DNA of 64,000 bases from Desulfurococcales archaeon. GTDB lineage: Archaea; Thermoproteota; Thermoprotei_A; Sulfolobales; Desulfurococcaceae. Below, piece after piece: positions 17,947 through 28,186 of this stretch. How positions within the stretch are numbered: the first letter of the stretch is position 1; each line of letters begins with the position of its first letter. The notes below the pieces were generated by a model. The model was not told the DNA's origin, made no database searches, and worked only from the letters and a program-made list of their open reading frames with translations. The stretch lies in NCBI GenBank assembly GCA_027022365.1, contig JALVYU010000026.1, positions 563,320 through 627,319 of the forward strand. The letters run 5' to 3'. A program made the translations under genes and the position numbers.

Positions 17947-18789
17947 ATGAATGAACTGGTGTCCGGTATGAGTGGATCGAGTAGGGGATTGGCGGCGGTA
18001 TTGATCATAGCTGTGATTGTGGCCTTGTTTCCCATAATAATGGGGGCGATCGATAACGCGCTATATGGAGCGGAATCAAGGACATCAACAGTGACTGTGT
18101 CTCAGTCGCCCGGTGTACAGATCCTTGTGCCGCAGCTAGTGTCTCAGCAGGGTGCAGATAGACTTGTCGTGGAGCCCGGCAAAGCGGTAGTTCCGGCTGG
18201 TGAAACCATCGATGTGAAAATCTACGTGTATTTCAAGCACTCTCAGCCGTGCCCGTATTCTGACTGGCATGTAGAATACAGTGTTTCTGGGGGGATAGAG
18301 GTCGTGAGCGATGATGGTGGTAAGCTAGTTGATCCTAAGACGTATGAGAGAACACTAACAATAAAGGTTGTCTCGCCGGGAACGCTAACCGTCACCTACT
18401 ACTATGGTACCGGGTGCCCGGAGGGCACCATGGAGAGAGTCGTGGCGGAGTTCTACACTTCTGCGGAGCAAGCAGGCAACGTCTCCACGACTACAACGAC
18501 CTCTACAACACAGACATCCTCGGTAGAAGAAACGTATGTGAATATTACGGGGAGAGTTGTTGCGGTCAATGCTGAGGCACGCTACATTGTAGTGGATAAT
18601 AAGACTATATACTTCAGGGGGACATGGCTCGATGTCCATACAAATAAAACACTTACAGATGCGGAAGCAGTCGGGCTCATCAGGCCCGGAGACACGATCA
18701 TAGCTGTCTGTAAGGTTACAGGCTCCGGTAGGCTCATGGCGGAGAAAATAATTGTTAATGGTACCCTTGTGCTCGAGAGGAGCGAATAA
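17947..18789 (+). CDS. Secreted/membrane-anchored protein: Ig-like domain, Ser/Thr linker and C-terminal OB-like (DUF5666-like) domain
   Basis: N-terminal hydrophobic helix; STTTTTSTTQTSS linker; ITGRVVAV..IVVDNKTIY..GDTI..LMAEKI. Confidence 0.6.
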   Translation: MNELVSGMSGSSRGLAAVLIIAVIVALFPIIMGAIDNALYGAESRTSTVTVSQSPGVQILVPQLVSQQGADRLVVEPGKAVVPAGETIDVKIYVYFKHSQPCPYSDWHVEYSVSGGIEVVSDDGGKLVDPKTYERTLTIKVVSPGTLTVTYYYGTGCPEGTMERVVAEFYTSAEQAGNVSTTTTTSTTQTSSVEETYVNITGRVVAVNAEARYIVVDNKTIYFRGTWLDVHTNKTLTDAEAVGLIRPGDTIIAVCKVTGSGRLMAEKIIVNGTLVLERSE

Positions 18790-18811
18790 GTCGTGGGAGG
18801 TGTTGTGGGCG

Positions 18812-19060
18812 GTGAACATATACGGCTTAAGGAGAATCGTGTCTATATGCTTGCTAATCTCAGCCATACTGGTGTTTGTATCGGGCATAGTACTGTATCT
18901 GAGAACAACCCATGTATTGTATCGTGTGGTGATATGGATACCGGCTTGGATCATAGACGATATACACGTGTATGCGGGTTTCGTGGTGTCCGGACTGGCG
19001 ATAATACATGTGTACCTAAACTGGAACGCGCTGAAGAATTATTTCAAGCGCAGGAAATAG
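18812..19060 (+). CDS. DUF4405-like small membrane protein (two His in a TM helix, cytochrome b-like)
   Basis: SGIVLY..IHVYAGF...IHVYLNW; GTG start after GGAGGTG. Confidence 0.72.
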   Translation: MNIYGLRRIVSICLLISAILVFVSGIVLYLRTTHVLYRVVIWIPAWIIDDIHVYAGFVVSGLAIIHVYLNWNALKNYFKRRK

Positions 19061-19166
19061 TTGTTTTTATCCCCGTATCTTTTTAATAGTCTTTTCCACA
19101 TGTAATAGTTCTCCGACGACCAACGTGTAGCTGTTGATACCTAGTAGTGTATCATAGGAGATCAGT

Positions 19167-20471
19167 ATGATAATATACAATGCCGTTATATTATTATCAC
19201 TAGCATTAATGGTAGTGCTTGTAGCGTCAAACAGAGTGCCCCGGTGGATGATAGGCATCATATTACTTGCGATCCTCCTCCTTACAGGCTCTAGCACGTT
19301 GACCGATGTAGTAAGATTTGTTGATTGGGATGTATTAGGCCTCATAGTGGGAATGGGCATCTTTACCGTGCTTCTAGAAGAATCCGGGTTAATGGAGCTG
19401 ACGGCTCGATTCATACGTGCACGGGCGGGCTCGCCCAGCATGGTATTATTCTGGATAATCCTAGCCGCGGGCCTCGTCAGCATAATATTGGAAAACGTGA
19501 CTGTTGTGCTCCTCTTCGCACCGATAGCGTATAGGTTGAGCAAGAAGTTGGGCGTTAACCCCGTACCCGTAGTCATAGGGATAGCGCTTTCATCTAATAT
19601 GGCTGGATCGGCTACTATGATAGGAGACCCGCCAGCAATAATAACGGCGGGATACTTCAACCTTGCATTCACGGATTTCATATGGTATCACGGCAGGCCA
19701 TCAATGTTCTTCCTTACCCTCATACCCATGATAGTATCCTGCTATGTATACTCCAAAATAGTCGGTAAAGAAGTAGGCTACAGTGTTGAACCGGTGGCTG
19801 AAGATAATGAAACTATTTGGAAAGGGCTTGACAAGATATTCGTCTACGAAGCAATACTGTTCCTCTCCATCAAAATAACGCTCCTGAGCATCAGGCACAT
19901 CATACATATCCCGCTCACATTAGCTGCTCTTATAGGTGTAGGAGGCCTCTCACTAACACGTATAATCATACATAGGGACACGGCCTCGGTAAAAAAAGCT
20001 GTGAGGAAAGGAGTTGATCTAGACATAATAGTTTTCCTCATAGGCGTGTTCGTTTTATCCGGAGCATTCGCTAAACACGGATTAGCTGCTGCGGCGGCAA
20101 AAACGATATTGTCCCTCGCATCAGGCAACTTGTTCGTAGTAACGAGTCTGTTGATATGGCTGTCAGTAGCAGTATCGGCTGTTATGGATAATACACCCTA
20201 TGTTGTCACTATGTTGCCCATAGCCAAGTATATAGCTATAGGACTAAACGTCGACCCAGTGGTCATCGCCTGGGCGCTGCTCGTAGGAGCCACGCTAGGG
20301 GGCAGCATAACATACATTGGCGCGTCAGCCAACCTGGTAGCTGTGAAGCTCCTAGAAAAGAAGGGATACAAGGTAACGTTTTCGGAGTTCATTAGAAAGA
20401 GTATACCATTCAACATGACAAACATATTGCTGGGCTGGCTCCTCTACACCATATTCTGGATAATATACTAA
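19167..20471 (+). CDS. SLC13/ArsB/NhaD-family (IT superfamily) permease
   Basis: VDWDVLGL..GM, LENVTVVL, SNMAGSATMIGDPPAI, MDNTPYV, LGGSITYIGASANLV. Confidence 0.9.
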   Translation: MIIYNAVILLSLALMVVLVASNRVPRWMIGIILLAILLLTGSSTLTDVVRFVDWDVLGLIVGMGIFTVLLEESGLMELTARFIRARAGSPSMVLFWIILAAGLVSIILENVTVVLLFAPIAYRLSKKLGVNPVPVVIGIALSSNMAGSATMIGDPPAIITAGYFNLAFTDFIWYHGRPSMFFLTLIPMIVSCYVYSKIVGKEVGYSVEPVAEDNETIWKGLDKIFVYEAILFLSIKITLLSIRHIIHIPLTLAALIGVGGLSLTRIIIHRDTASVKKAVRKGVDLDIIVFLIGVFVLSGAFAKHGLAAAAAKTILSLASGNLFVVTSLLIWLSVAVSAVMDNTPYVVTMLPIAKYIAIGLNVDPVVIAWALLVGATLGGSITYIGASANLVAVKLLEKKGYKVTFSEFIRKSIPFNMTNILLGWLLYTIFWIIY

Positions 20472-20819
20472 ATCCAGATGAGACTATCAAATCCTTCAAA
20501 CACAAAATTCCTATCATTCCATCCAAGTCTGCATTATCACGTTTCCTGCTTGTACCTAAACGCCAATGGGTTAAGGCCTGTGCCTAATAATTGGCCTATA
20601 CACATCTAAGTGGATAAATCATTTAATATGTGTAGAGTACATGGCAAGTGTATCCGAGTTCATAGTTGAGAAGGTCATGAATAAGATAAATAGATCAAAG
20701 TGTGTGAATGCTGAACATGGTGTTTACCCCTTCTAGGTCTCCTAGTAAACCTGTAAAGAAAACAGTAAATCCCAAAGAAATCGGACACCGAGGCACCATA
20801 ATTTAATGCATATAATGGA

Positions 20820-20927
20820 TGGAGCCGGGGGCGGGATTCGAACCCGCGGTAAAGCGGGTGTCCGTGACCCCCTGTGCTAGGGTCGTGCCCTGCAGCCCGC
20901 CGCCTTAGGCCGCTCGGCCACCCCGGC
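20820..20927 (-). tRNA. tRNA-Cys(GCA) with a 30-nt intron at 37/38 (20860-20889), CCA encoded
   Basis: GCCGGGG...GCGGG-CT-GCA-G/A-CCCGC...CCCCGGC-T-CCA; relaxed BHB/BHL. Confidence 0.93.
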
Positions 20928-21069
20928 TCCTCCATTAGGAATTGGTTGCTTAGGTAGGTTTATAACGCTATCTCGTGTACCCATTAGTTTCGGCCGCCTC
21001 CCCGGCGATGATCATGTGTAGATTCCAGCTTATCCATATAATCTCGTATTACCATCTCGGTGTCCAGTA

Positions 21070-21252
21070 ATGGTGTTACGTGTGATCACTTTTAAAGCTG
21101 ATGAGCGTTTAATTGAGCAACTGGATCTACTCGCCAAAGAAATGGGGATTTCAAGAAGTGAAGTGATAAGACTGGCGATCGAGAACCTCATCGAGACACG
21201 CATGCGTGAAAAGAACGAAATAGAGACGGTCCCTGTAACTATTATATACTGA
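21070..21252 (+). CDS. Ribbon-helix-helix (CopG-like) DNA-binding protein
   Basis: RVITFKADERLIEQLDLLAKEMGISRSEVIRLAIE. Confidence 0.88.
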   Translation: MVLRVITFKADERLIEQLDLLAKEMGISRSEVIRLAIENLIETRMREKNEIETVPVTIIY

Positions 21253-21311
21253 TCCCTACTCGAAGCTTCAATATTTATAAACTCCGCCACAAAAATACAG
21301 AAAATACGGTT

Positions 21312-21427
21312 GCCGCCGTAGCTCAGCCTGGCAGAGCGCCGGACTCATACGGCGCCAAGAAACCCGAAGTCGCGGGTTCGGCCAGGGGGAGATCCGGTTG
21401 TCCCGGGTTCAAATCCCGGCGGCGGCA
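21312..21427 (+). tRNA. tRNA-Met(CAT), elongator type, with a 42-nt intron at 37/38 (21350-21391)
   Basis: GCCGCCG acceptor, CCGGA-CT-CAT-A/A-TCCGG, TTCAAAT loop. Confidence 0.93.
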
Positions 21428-21506
21428 CCTATCCATAAAATTCCTCCCTCTAAGAAACCACCTACATAATTTAAAACCCGTGAGAAACCATATTAGATGA
21501 AAGGGT

Positions 21507-21581
21507 GGGGCCGTAGTCTAGCTTGGCTAGGATGCGGGGCTTGGGCCCCCGTGATCCGGGGTTCAAATCCCCGCGGCCCCA
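21507..21581 (+). tRNA. tRNA-Pro(TGG), no intron
   Basis: GGGGCCG...CGGGG-CT-TGG-GC-CCCCG...CGGCCCC-A. Confidence 0.96.
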
Positions 21582-21798
21582 CATAAATTTACTGGAATGA
21601 CTAGAATAACCTTGGAGCCCTATCTGCTTGTAGATTTTCTCCCCGGCGATATATCTTCTCGCCGTCTTCGGTTTCTTATACTTTGTATTATCACTTACAA
21701 TTAATGTGTTCGTGATTAATATGTCTCTAGATACATTATTCGGTCAAGTATATCAAGTAGAACAATAGGGAAAAAGGCTGGTAGAGTATAGAAAAGAG

Positions 21799-23007
21799 CT
21801 AGACTATGCCTCTCTCTTCGAGATATGCTCTTATCCTTCTAATACCTTCCTCAATACGTTCGGGGGGCTCTGTTACGAATGTTATTCGGATATAACGATT
21901 TGTGCCTGGAATGAATGCTGAGCCCGGCAGGAAGACAACATGCTTATTCAACGCTATATCTTTGGCGAATTCGAAATCGGTCACGCCTAGCTTTTCTAGA
22001 TAGTACAATATGTCGGGGAACAAGTACATGCCGGCCCGTGGCTTAATCAATTTGGCTTCTGGAAGATATTTTCTAACGGCCTCGAACGCCACGTCTCTCC
22101 TTCTACGGTACTCCGGGATGACCTGTCTAAGATATAGTTCTTTGTAGTCTTTCTCAAGATATATTATTGCTAGTTTCTGTGAGATATTCGATGCACTAAT
22201 GCTTAGATAGCCCTTGACCTTCGCGGCCTGACGAATGAATTCCTCGTTGCCCCATAGGTACCCCAGCCTAAACCCGGGTATTGCTAGGTCTTTAGAGAAA
22301 CTATCGATAGATATTACGGTTTCCTCGGCTCCCGGGTATCTCTGGATCCAAGTATGTTCGCCCTCATAGTATATGTGCTTATACGCTTCATCGAAGAATA
22401 CCCACTTGCTATGATCTACTGCTAAGTCCACTATGAGTTTCCCTATCTCCTCAGAGATGACCCTGCTCGTAGGATTGCCCGGGCTCTCGAAAAGGACTGC
22501 TTTAACCCTGGTTATCTTATCCTTGAGACACTCGGGATCGGGCTGGAATCCATTATTAACGTCCTGCTCACAGTACTCCACTCCTATTCCGAGCAGTTTT
22601 GTGAGGCCCCAGTAAACACTGTATGTCGGGGCAAGCAACAATACTTTGTCTCCATTGTCCAGTCCTGTTAGGAGCGATACGGTTATCGCCTCGGCACCAC
22701 CAATAGTTACAAGCACCTGTTTATCCGGATCGACTGTTATTCCGCTGTATTTCTTTATATCCTCTGCAATAAGATGTCGAAGCTTCGGGTATCCCTTGCT
22801 AGGGGCATAGCTTGAGGTCTGGAAAGGCTTCTCCACTAAGGTTTTCGCTAAGTCTTTAAGTGCCTCGCTGTAAGGTGGGAAACCGGGTTGACCTGCATGG
22901 AAGCTTATCACATCAATGCCCCTGAGCTTAAGCTCGAGGGCAAGGTCAACAAGTACTCTGTGTGGTGACGTCTCGGTGCTCGTGACTCTTCTAGATAGAC
23001 TAGGCAT
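21799..23007 (-). CDS. Class I/II PLP-dependent aminotransferase (aspartate aminotransferase-like)
   Basis: GQPGF, SPGNPTS, DEAY, SFSKDLAIPGFRLGY, YIRITF. Confidence 0.92.
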   Translation of the reverse strand: MPSLSRRVTSTETSPHRVLVDLALELKLRGIDVISFHAGQPGFPPYSEALKDLAKTLVEKPFQTSSYAPSKGYPKLRHLIAEDIKKYSGITVDPDKQVLVTIGGAEAITVSLLTGLDNGDKVLLLAPTYSVYWGLTKLLGIGVEYCEQDVNNGFQPDPECLKDKITRVKAVLFESPGNPTSRVISEEIGKLIVDLAVDHSKWVFFDEAYKHIYYEGEHTWIQRYPGAEETVISIDSFSKDLAIPGFRLGYLWGNEEFIRQAAKVKGYLSISASNISQKLAIIYLEKDYKELYLRQVIPEYRRRRDVAFEAVRKYLPEAKLIKPRAGMYLFPDILYYLEKLGVTDFEFAKDIALNKHVVFLPGSAFIPGTNRYIRITFVTEPPERIEEGIRRIRAYLEERGIV

Positions 23008-23128
23008 TATTGTCGCCTCCTCATGCTATAACAGGTTTGTAGATTTATTAATTGAATATTTTAATGTTCACGACAGATCAAGATCATTATACCATGTTGA
23101 GTAATAATCAGTGATAGGAGAGATGAAA

Positions 23129-23225
23129 TGGTAGCCGGGCGGGGATTCGAACCCCGGTCACGGGGGTTCCTCCCGCCTGGCGGCGGACCAAAGCCCCGCA
23201 TCCTTGACCGCTAGACGACCCGGCT
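23129..23225 (-). tRNA. tRNA-Gln(TTG) with a 21-nt intron at 37/38 (23167-23187), CCA encoded
   Basis: A1-U72 acceptor AGCCGGG; strict BHB (CTTT/GAGG central helix, CCGCC/GGCGG outer helix). Confidence 0.95.
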
Positions 23226-23412
23226 ATTTCTAGCGCCTCCATAGTCTCTAGATTTTATCCGGGGTTTTTAATTCTTAGCGACAGTAAAGAACGATTATGT
23301 TTATAAACACAGACGGGAAAATACTTAATATCTTGTTCTTCTGAAGGTTTTTAACGATTATGGAAAGGTTTAAAAAGGCACATAATAAGGTAAGACTAGT
23401 TGAACATCCCGG

Positions 23413-24348
23413 GTGATCGTTTTGGAATATTTTCCAGAAGAACCTCCTGCATCCTCCGAGTGTCCGGAGGATAAAATAATATATGATCCAGAGCGCGGCG
23501 AGTACATCTGTCTGCTTACCGGTGAAGTCATAGAAGAAAGAGTGATCGATGAGAGGCCCGAATGGAGGGCATTTACGCCTGAGGAGAGGGAAAGGAGAAG
23601 CAGGATCGGCGGCCCACTTACAAGCACGGTTCACGACCGAGGCCTAGCCACAGCTATAGACTATACGAACAAGGATGCAACAGGCAAGAGGTTAGAATTG
23701 TCAAAGAGGCTCAAGATGCAAAAGCTACGTAAGTGGCAGGCAAGATCACGTATTCAAAGTAGTATTGAGAGAAACCTCGCTCAGGCAATGAATGAGCTGG
23801 ACAAATTATCTGATCACTTGAATCTGCCTAAGAATGTCAGGGAAGAAGCGGCCAGAATATACCGTAGAGCAGTCGAAAAAGGACTTGTAAGAGGTAGAAG
23901 TATCGAGAGTGTGATCGCTGCCGCGATATATGCGGCCTGCAGGGAATTGAAAGTGCCACGTACACTAGACGAAATAGCCAGGCATACGAAGAGCAACAGG
24001 AAGGATATTGCTAGATGCTATAGATTATTACTTAAAGAACTAGACATAAAGGTTCAAACAAGCGACCCGATAGACTTCGTGCCAAGAATAGCTCATGCAT
24101 TGGGGCTAAGCGGTGCAGTGATGAAGAAATCGGCAGAGATCCTACATAAGGCTCGAGAACTCGGTGTTACAGCAGGTAAGGATCCTGCGGGCCTAGCCGC
24201 GGCCGCGGTATATATTGCCGCGCTCCTCCTCGGGGAGCGTAGAACACAGAAAGAAATAGCTCATGTAGCCGGTGTGACCGAGGTAACTGTTAGGAATAGA
24301 TATAAGGAGTTGGCGAAGGAACTAGGTATAGAGCTTCCTTCTCAATAA
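23413..24348 (+). CDS. tfb: Transcription initiation factor TFB
   Basis: PEWRAF..RSRIG B-reader, ERNL, two cyclin repeats, [12 protein letters not shown]. Confidence 0.97.
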   Translation: MIVLEYFPEEPPASSECPEDKIIYDPERGEYICLLTGEVIEERVIDERPEWRAFTPEERERRSRIGGPLTSTVHDRGLATAIDYTNKDATGKRLELSKRLKMQKLRKWQARSRIQSSIERNLAQAMNELDKLSDHLNLPKNVREEAARIYRRAVEKGLVRGRSIESVIAAAIYAACRELKVPRTLDEIARHTKSNRKDIARCYRLLLKELDIKVQTSDPIDFVPRIAHALGLSGAVMKKSAEILHKARELGVTAGKDPAGLAAAAVYIAALLLGERRTQKEIAHVAGVTEVTVRNRYKELAKELGIELPSQ

Positions 24349-24386
24349 AAACCATTTTTAGTTTCTCCCTATCTTCTCGCCAAGAA

Positions 24387-24713
24387 TCAATCTACTATTA
24401 TCACGTTTTCTGGCGGGTACCCTAGCTCGTCGATGAGTATCTGTTTTACTCTATGGCGATGATCTCCTTGTAGCTCTATTTTCCCTTCCTTTACTGTTCC
24501 GCCCGTCGCAAGCCTTGACTTAAGCTTCTTAGCGAGCTTCTTTAGATTGTCATGACTATCTACTAGCCCCTCGATTATTGTTACTTCTTTACCGAATTTC
24601 CTCCTATCCAGCCTTATCTTGATAACTTGTTGTTCACGTATTAATTGCTCGCATATTTCTGGTGGTAGCCCGCCACAAATTGAAGATAGATCGGAACTCA
24701 TCTTCCTTTCCAA
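24387..24713 (-). CDS. Translation initiation factor aIF-1 (SUI1)
   Basis: CGGLPPEIC, RRKFGKEVTIIEG, LATGGTVK, IELQGDHR. Confidence 0.95.
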   Translation of the reverse strand: MERKMSSDLSSICGGLPPEICEQLIREQQVIKIRLDRRKFGKEVTIIEGLVDSHDNLKKLAKKLKSRLATGGTVKEGKIELQGDHRHRVKQILIDELGYPPENVIIVD

Positions 24714-24819
24714 CCTGAGTATCCTTGTTCCAGACCTAGGTCTTGTATTGAAGGTTTAACCTTATAAAACTTATATGGGTGTTAACAAGTAGTACCTATA
24801 CGCAAGGGGTGGTGTATGA

Positions 24820-24963
24820 ATGGTTAGATATAAGTGCGGTCGATGCGGATACGAGTTTGATGAGGAACAACTCCGTCTTCTCCCTGGAATAAGATGTCCT
24901 AATTGTGGATATGAAATAATATATAAAGTTGCAGCAAACTTCAGGTTGGTTAGGGCTATTTAA
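24820..24963 (+). CDS. rpoP: RNA polymerase subunit P (Rpo12), absent from the ORF track
   Basis: Manual translation: MVRYKCGRCGYEFDEEQLRLLPGIRCPNCGYEIIYKVAANFRLVRAI. Confidence 0.88.
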   Translation: MVRYKCGRCGYEFDEEQLRLLPGIRCPNCGYEIIYKVAANFRLVRAI

Positions 24964-24966
24964 TCT

Positions 24967-25842
24967 TTATTCTCGCCTTAAAATCGTCGTTATTTCTACA
25001 AGTAGTTTCGCGGCTAGTAGGCTGGTGATATCGTTTATATCCTCGAGAGGATTCACTTCGACGATATCACCAGCCACTAGTTTGCCATAGGCATGGATGA
25101 GTCTTAATAGCTCAATAGCATTGATAGGATTTAGCCCCATAGGCTCTGGGTTCGAGACGCCGGGCGCGAATCCAGGATCTATTCCATCCATATCTATGCT
25201 GAGATATATCCTCTTACCTTTTATTATTTCAACAAGTTCTTTTCTTTGGTCTCCATCGTCTCTATCTATGTTGGATGGCGTGTAAATCTTGATTTTGTCT
25301 CTATGTGCTTCAACATATTGATATTCTTCAGGCGATATTGCTCGGGCGCCCACATATATTATTGGTATCTTCGTCTTCTCGATTATTCTCCGCATAACTG
25401 TAGCGTGACTATACTTGTTGCCGAGGTACTGGTCTCTCTGATCAAGATGAGCATCTATAACAACTATCAGATCTATTCCATCACTTATGGATTCTACGAT
25501 AGGCAGTGTAATCAGGTGCTCTCCACCCAGAACAATGAAGTTCTCGGAATAGTCTTCTCTAACTCCCTTTACAACTTTCTTTATTCTCGCCAAAGACTCC
25601 ATCACATCGCCCGGCGGTAGAGCGATGTCCCCTAAGTCATTAAATAATACTAAATCCTCTACAGGTTTCGACATGATCATCGAGAAAAACTCCAAATTAC
25701 ATATTGCATCTCTAATGCTTTTTGGCCCGAATCTCGTACCCGGCTTATAACTTGTTGTCCAATCCATAGGAGCACCAATTATTATGAGGCCTTCATCCCC
25801 TTCGTTGCATGGTATTTTTGGATGGCCTGTTAAGAGATGCAT
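24967..25842 (-). CDS. speB: Agmatinase (ureohydrolase family); start uncertain, the longer ORF overlaps glyS
   Basis: GAPMDWTTSYKPGTRFGP, GGEHLIT, DAHLD, SHAT, SIDMDGIDP..APGV..PEP. Confidence 0.9.
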   Translation of the reverse strand: MHLLTGHPKIPCNEGDEGLIIIGAPMDWTTSYKPGTRFGPKSIRDAICNLEFFSMIMSKPVEDLVLFNDLGDIALPPGDVMESLARIKKVVKGVREDYSENFIVLGGEHLITLPIVESISDGIDLIVVIDAHLDQRDQYLGNKYSHATVMRRIIEKTKIPIIYVGARAISPEEYQYVEAHRDKIKIYTPSNIDRDDGDQRKELVEIIKGKRIYLSIDMDGIDPGFAPGVSNPEPMGLNPINAIELLRLIHAYGKLVAGDIVEVNPLEDINDITSLLAAKLLVEITTILRRE

Positions 25843-25941
25843 CCATGCAACCAAGACATTATCGCCACGCACAAAGCATTTATGACCAAGCGCCAAAATA
25901 TCTAGGACAATACGAGCTGATATATATTTGGGCTGAAAGCA

Positions 25942-27726
25942 ATGACTACTAATAATGATAAGTACGAGATACTCGTTAAGATCGCGAAGAAGAGAGGAAT
26001 ATTCTGGCCGGCTTTCGAGATATACGGCGGTGTGGCAGGATTCTACGAGTATGGGCCCGTGGGCGTCCTGATAAAAAGGCGGATAATTGATGAATGGCTG
26101 AGACAAGTCGTTTACGGGCGTGATGGCCTAGTAGTAGAGGTCGATACGCCGATAATAACGCCGCGAATAGTTCTGAAGGCGAGCGGTCATGAAGACAACT
26201 TTACTGATCCAGTTACGGAGTGCTTGAAATGTGGTAGGACGTTCAGAGCAGATCATCTGATCGAGGAGAAGCTCGGGATTAGCGCTGAAGGGTTGCCCCT
26301 AGATAAGATGGCCGAGATAATGCGTCAGAACAATATACGGTGCCCAGTCTGCGGAGGCGAGCTAACTCCGCCCAAACCAGCTCTCCTGCTTTTCAAGACC
26401 GAGATAGGACCGTATAAGGGCTCTCCAGCGTATCTAAGGCCTGAAACAGCCCAGGGGATGTTTGTATCATTTAAGAACGTGTTCAACTCTATGAGAAACA
26501 AGCTTCCCTTAGGTATAGCCCAGGTCGGAAGAGTTGGAAGAAACGAGATATCGCCGAGACAGGGATTGATCAGGCTTAGAGAATTTACTATCATAGAGCT
26601 CGAATTCTTCTTTGACCCGGAAAAACAGGAGGAAGAAGTCAACAAGTACATGGATGAGGAACTGTTGAACGAGAAAATGAACATCATAACAGCCGATATG
26701 AAGCTCAACAATATCAAAAAACCCAGAGAATATAGCGCCCGGGAACTGATCGAGAAAGGAATAGTTAAGACCCCCTGGATGGCCTACTGGATGGCCGTTG
26801 GAAACAAGTTCTTGAAAAACCTAGGAATACCAGCCGACAGAATACGGTTTGACGAGAAATTACCCGAAGAAAGAGCACATTATAGCGAGCAAACATTTGA
26901 TCAAGAAGTCCTGACCGAAAAATACGGATGGGTCGAAGTAGCCGGATATAGCTATAGAACAACATACGATTTAAGTAGACATATAAAGTATTCTGGTGCA
27001 GACCTAACGGCTTTCCGCAAATACGATAAACCACGCGAGAAAGAAGTTATCAAGATAAAGCCCAACCCAGTAGAAATAAGAAAAAGGTTTGCCAATAAAT
27101 TCTCCGAAATAATGAAAGCACTCGCGTCAATTCCGCAGGAAGAACTTATCAATAAAATAGTTAGGCAAGGATACATAGAAGTAAACGGTATGAGATTAGA
27201 CAAAGAACTATTCTTCATAAAGCGTGAAAAGATCAAAGTACACGGTGAAAAATTCGTGCCACATGTTGTCGAGCCATCGTTTGGCCTCGAAAGAATATTC
27301 TACGTAGTGCTCGAGAACTCCCTAAAAATATCGAGTGAGAGAACATACTTAGCCCTAACACCTAGGATAGCACCATACTATGTAGCGGTCTTCCCACTAG
27401 TAACAGGCTCTAAAGAAGAACACCAGAACATAAAGAATATTGCATGGGCTATCTATCGCGGCCTCTTAAACTCGGGCATCCCAGCATATTACGATGAAGA
27501 AGGTAGTATTGGGAGAAGATATGCGAGAGCCGATGAGATAGGGATACCATACGCTGTGACGGTAGATTACGAAACATTACGGAACAACACTGTGACAATA
27601 AGAGAAAGAGATTCCCGCAAACAAGAAAGGATAGATATCAAAGACATATACGACTATATCACTGGTAAGATAGGATTTAGGAAAACATGGATAGAATTTC
27701 TCGATAAAGAATTAAATAAGGCATAA
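25942..27726 (+). CDS. glyS: Glycyl-tRNA synthetase (alpha2 type)
   Basis: IYGGVAGFYEYGP, LRPETAQG, RNEISPRQGLIRLREF, VEPSFG, SIGRRYARADEIG. Confidence 0.97.
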   Translation: MTTNNDKYEILVKIAKKRGIFWPAFEIYGGVAGFYEYGPVGVLIKRRIIDEWLRQVVYGRDGLVVEVDTPIITPRIVLKASGHEDNFTDPVTECLKCGRTFRADHLIEEKLGISAEGLPLDKMAEIMRQNNIRCPVCGGELTPPKPALLLFKTEIGPYKGSPAYLRPETAQGMFVSFKNVFNSMRNKLPLGIAQVGRVGRNEISPRQGLIRLREFTIIELEFFFDPEKQEEEVNKYMDEELLNEKMNIITADMKLNNIKKPREYSARELIEKGIVKTPWMAYWMAVGNKFLKNLGIPADRIRFDEKLPEERAHYSEQTFDQEVLTEKYGWVEVAGYSYRTTYDLSRHIKYSGADLTAFRKYDKPREKEVIKIKPNPVEIRKRFANKFSEIMKALASIPQEELINKIVRQGYIEVNGMRLDKELFFIKREKIKVHGEKFVPHVVEPSFGLERIFYVVLENSLKISSERTYLALTPRIAPYYVAVFPLVTGSKEEHQNIKNIAWAIYRGLLNSGIPAYYDEEGSIGRRYARADEIGIPYAVTVDYETLRNNTVTIRERDSRKQERIDIKDIYDYITGKIGFRKTWIEFLDKELNKA

Positions 27727-27794
27727 CTTTATCTTAACTTGACTGGCAATCGTTAAAAGGATAATTCTCGAAACACGGCCTAAAGGGGATATGC

Positions 27795-28184
27795 ATGTCC
27801 GAAAAAGAGAAAAACACCCCAGAGCCTACGGGGGCTAAGCCTCAGCAGAAAATTGATATTAAGAAATTGGTTTCAATAGTGCCGCCTGCAAGCGAGCTGA
27901 GGAGGAGACAGAAACTGCTCCGTGAGAAGAGAATTAGGATAAAATATGATGACAACCTGCCAGAAGGCGCTGCAAGGGTTCCCAAGGAATTAGCTAAGAT
28001 GCTCGGCATAAATGATGGAGACAAGATCGAGATCGTTGTCGCCGGCAAGAAGAAATTTGTATTCACTGCAACAACAATCGACGAGCATGGAACCAACAAC
28101 GTGTACGTGTATCCTGCCGAGCTAGAGGAAAAAGGAGTAGCCGACAACAGCATAGCAACTCTTAGGAAGTACTCTGGGACATAA
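27795..28184 (+). CDS. Hypothetical protein with a double-psi beta-barrel-like (CDC48 N-domain-like) motif
   Basis: ARVPKELAKMLGINDGDKIEIV resembles [21 protein letters not shown] of the Cdc48 in this window. Confidence 0.6.
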   Translation: MSEKEKNTPEPTGAKPQQKIDIKKLVSIVPPASELRRRQKLLREKRIRIKYDDNLPEGAARVPKELAKMLGINDGDKIEIVVAGKKKFVFTATTIDEHGTNNVYVYPAELEEKGVADNSIATLRKYSGT

Positions 28185-28186
28185 AC

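Noticed and set aside
25843-26106. N-terminal extension of the agmatinase ORF
   Set aside because: Overlaps glyS on the opposite strand and has no ureohydrolase similarity
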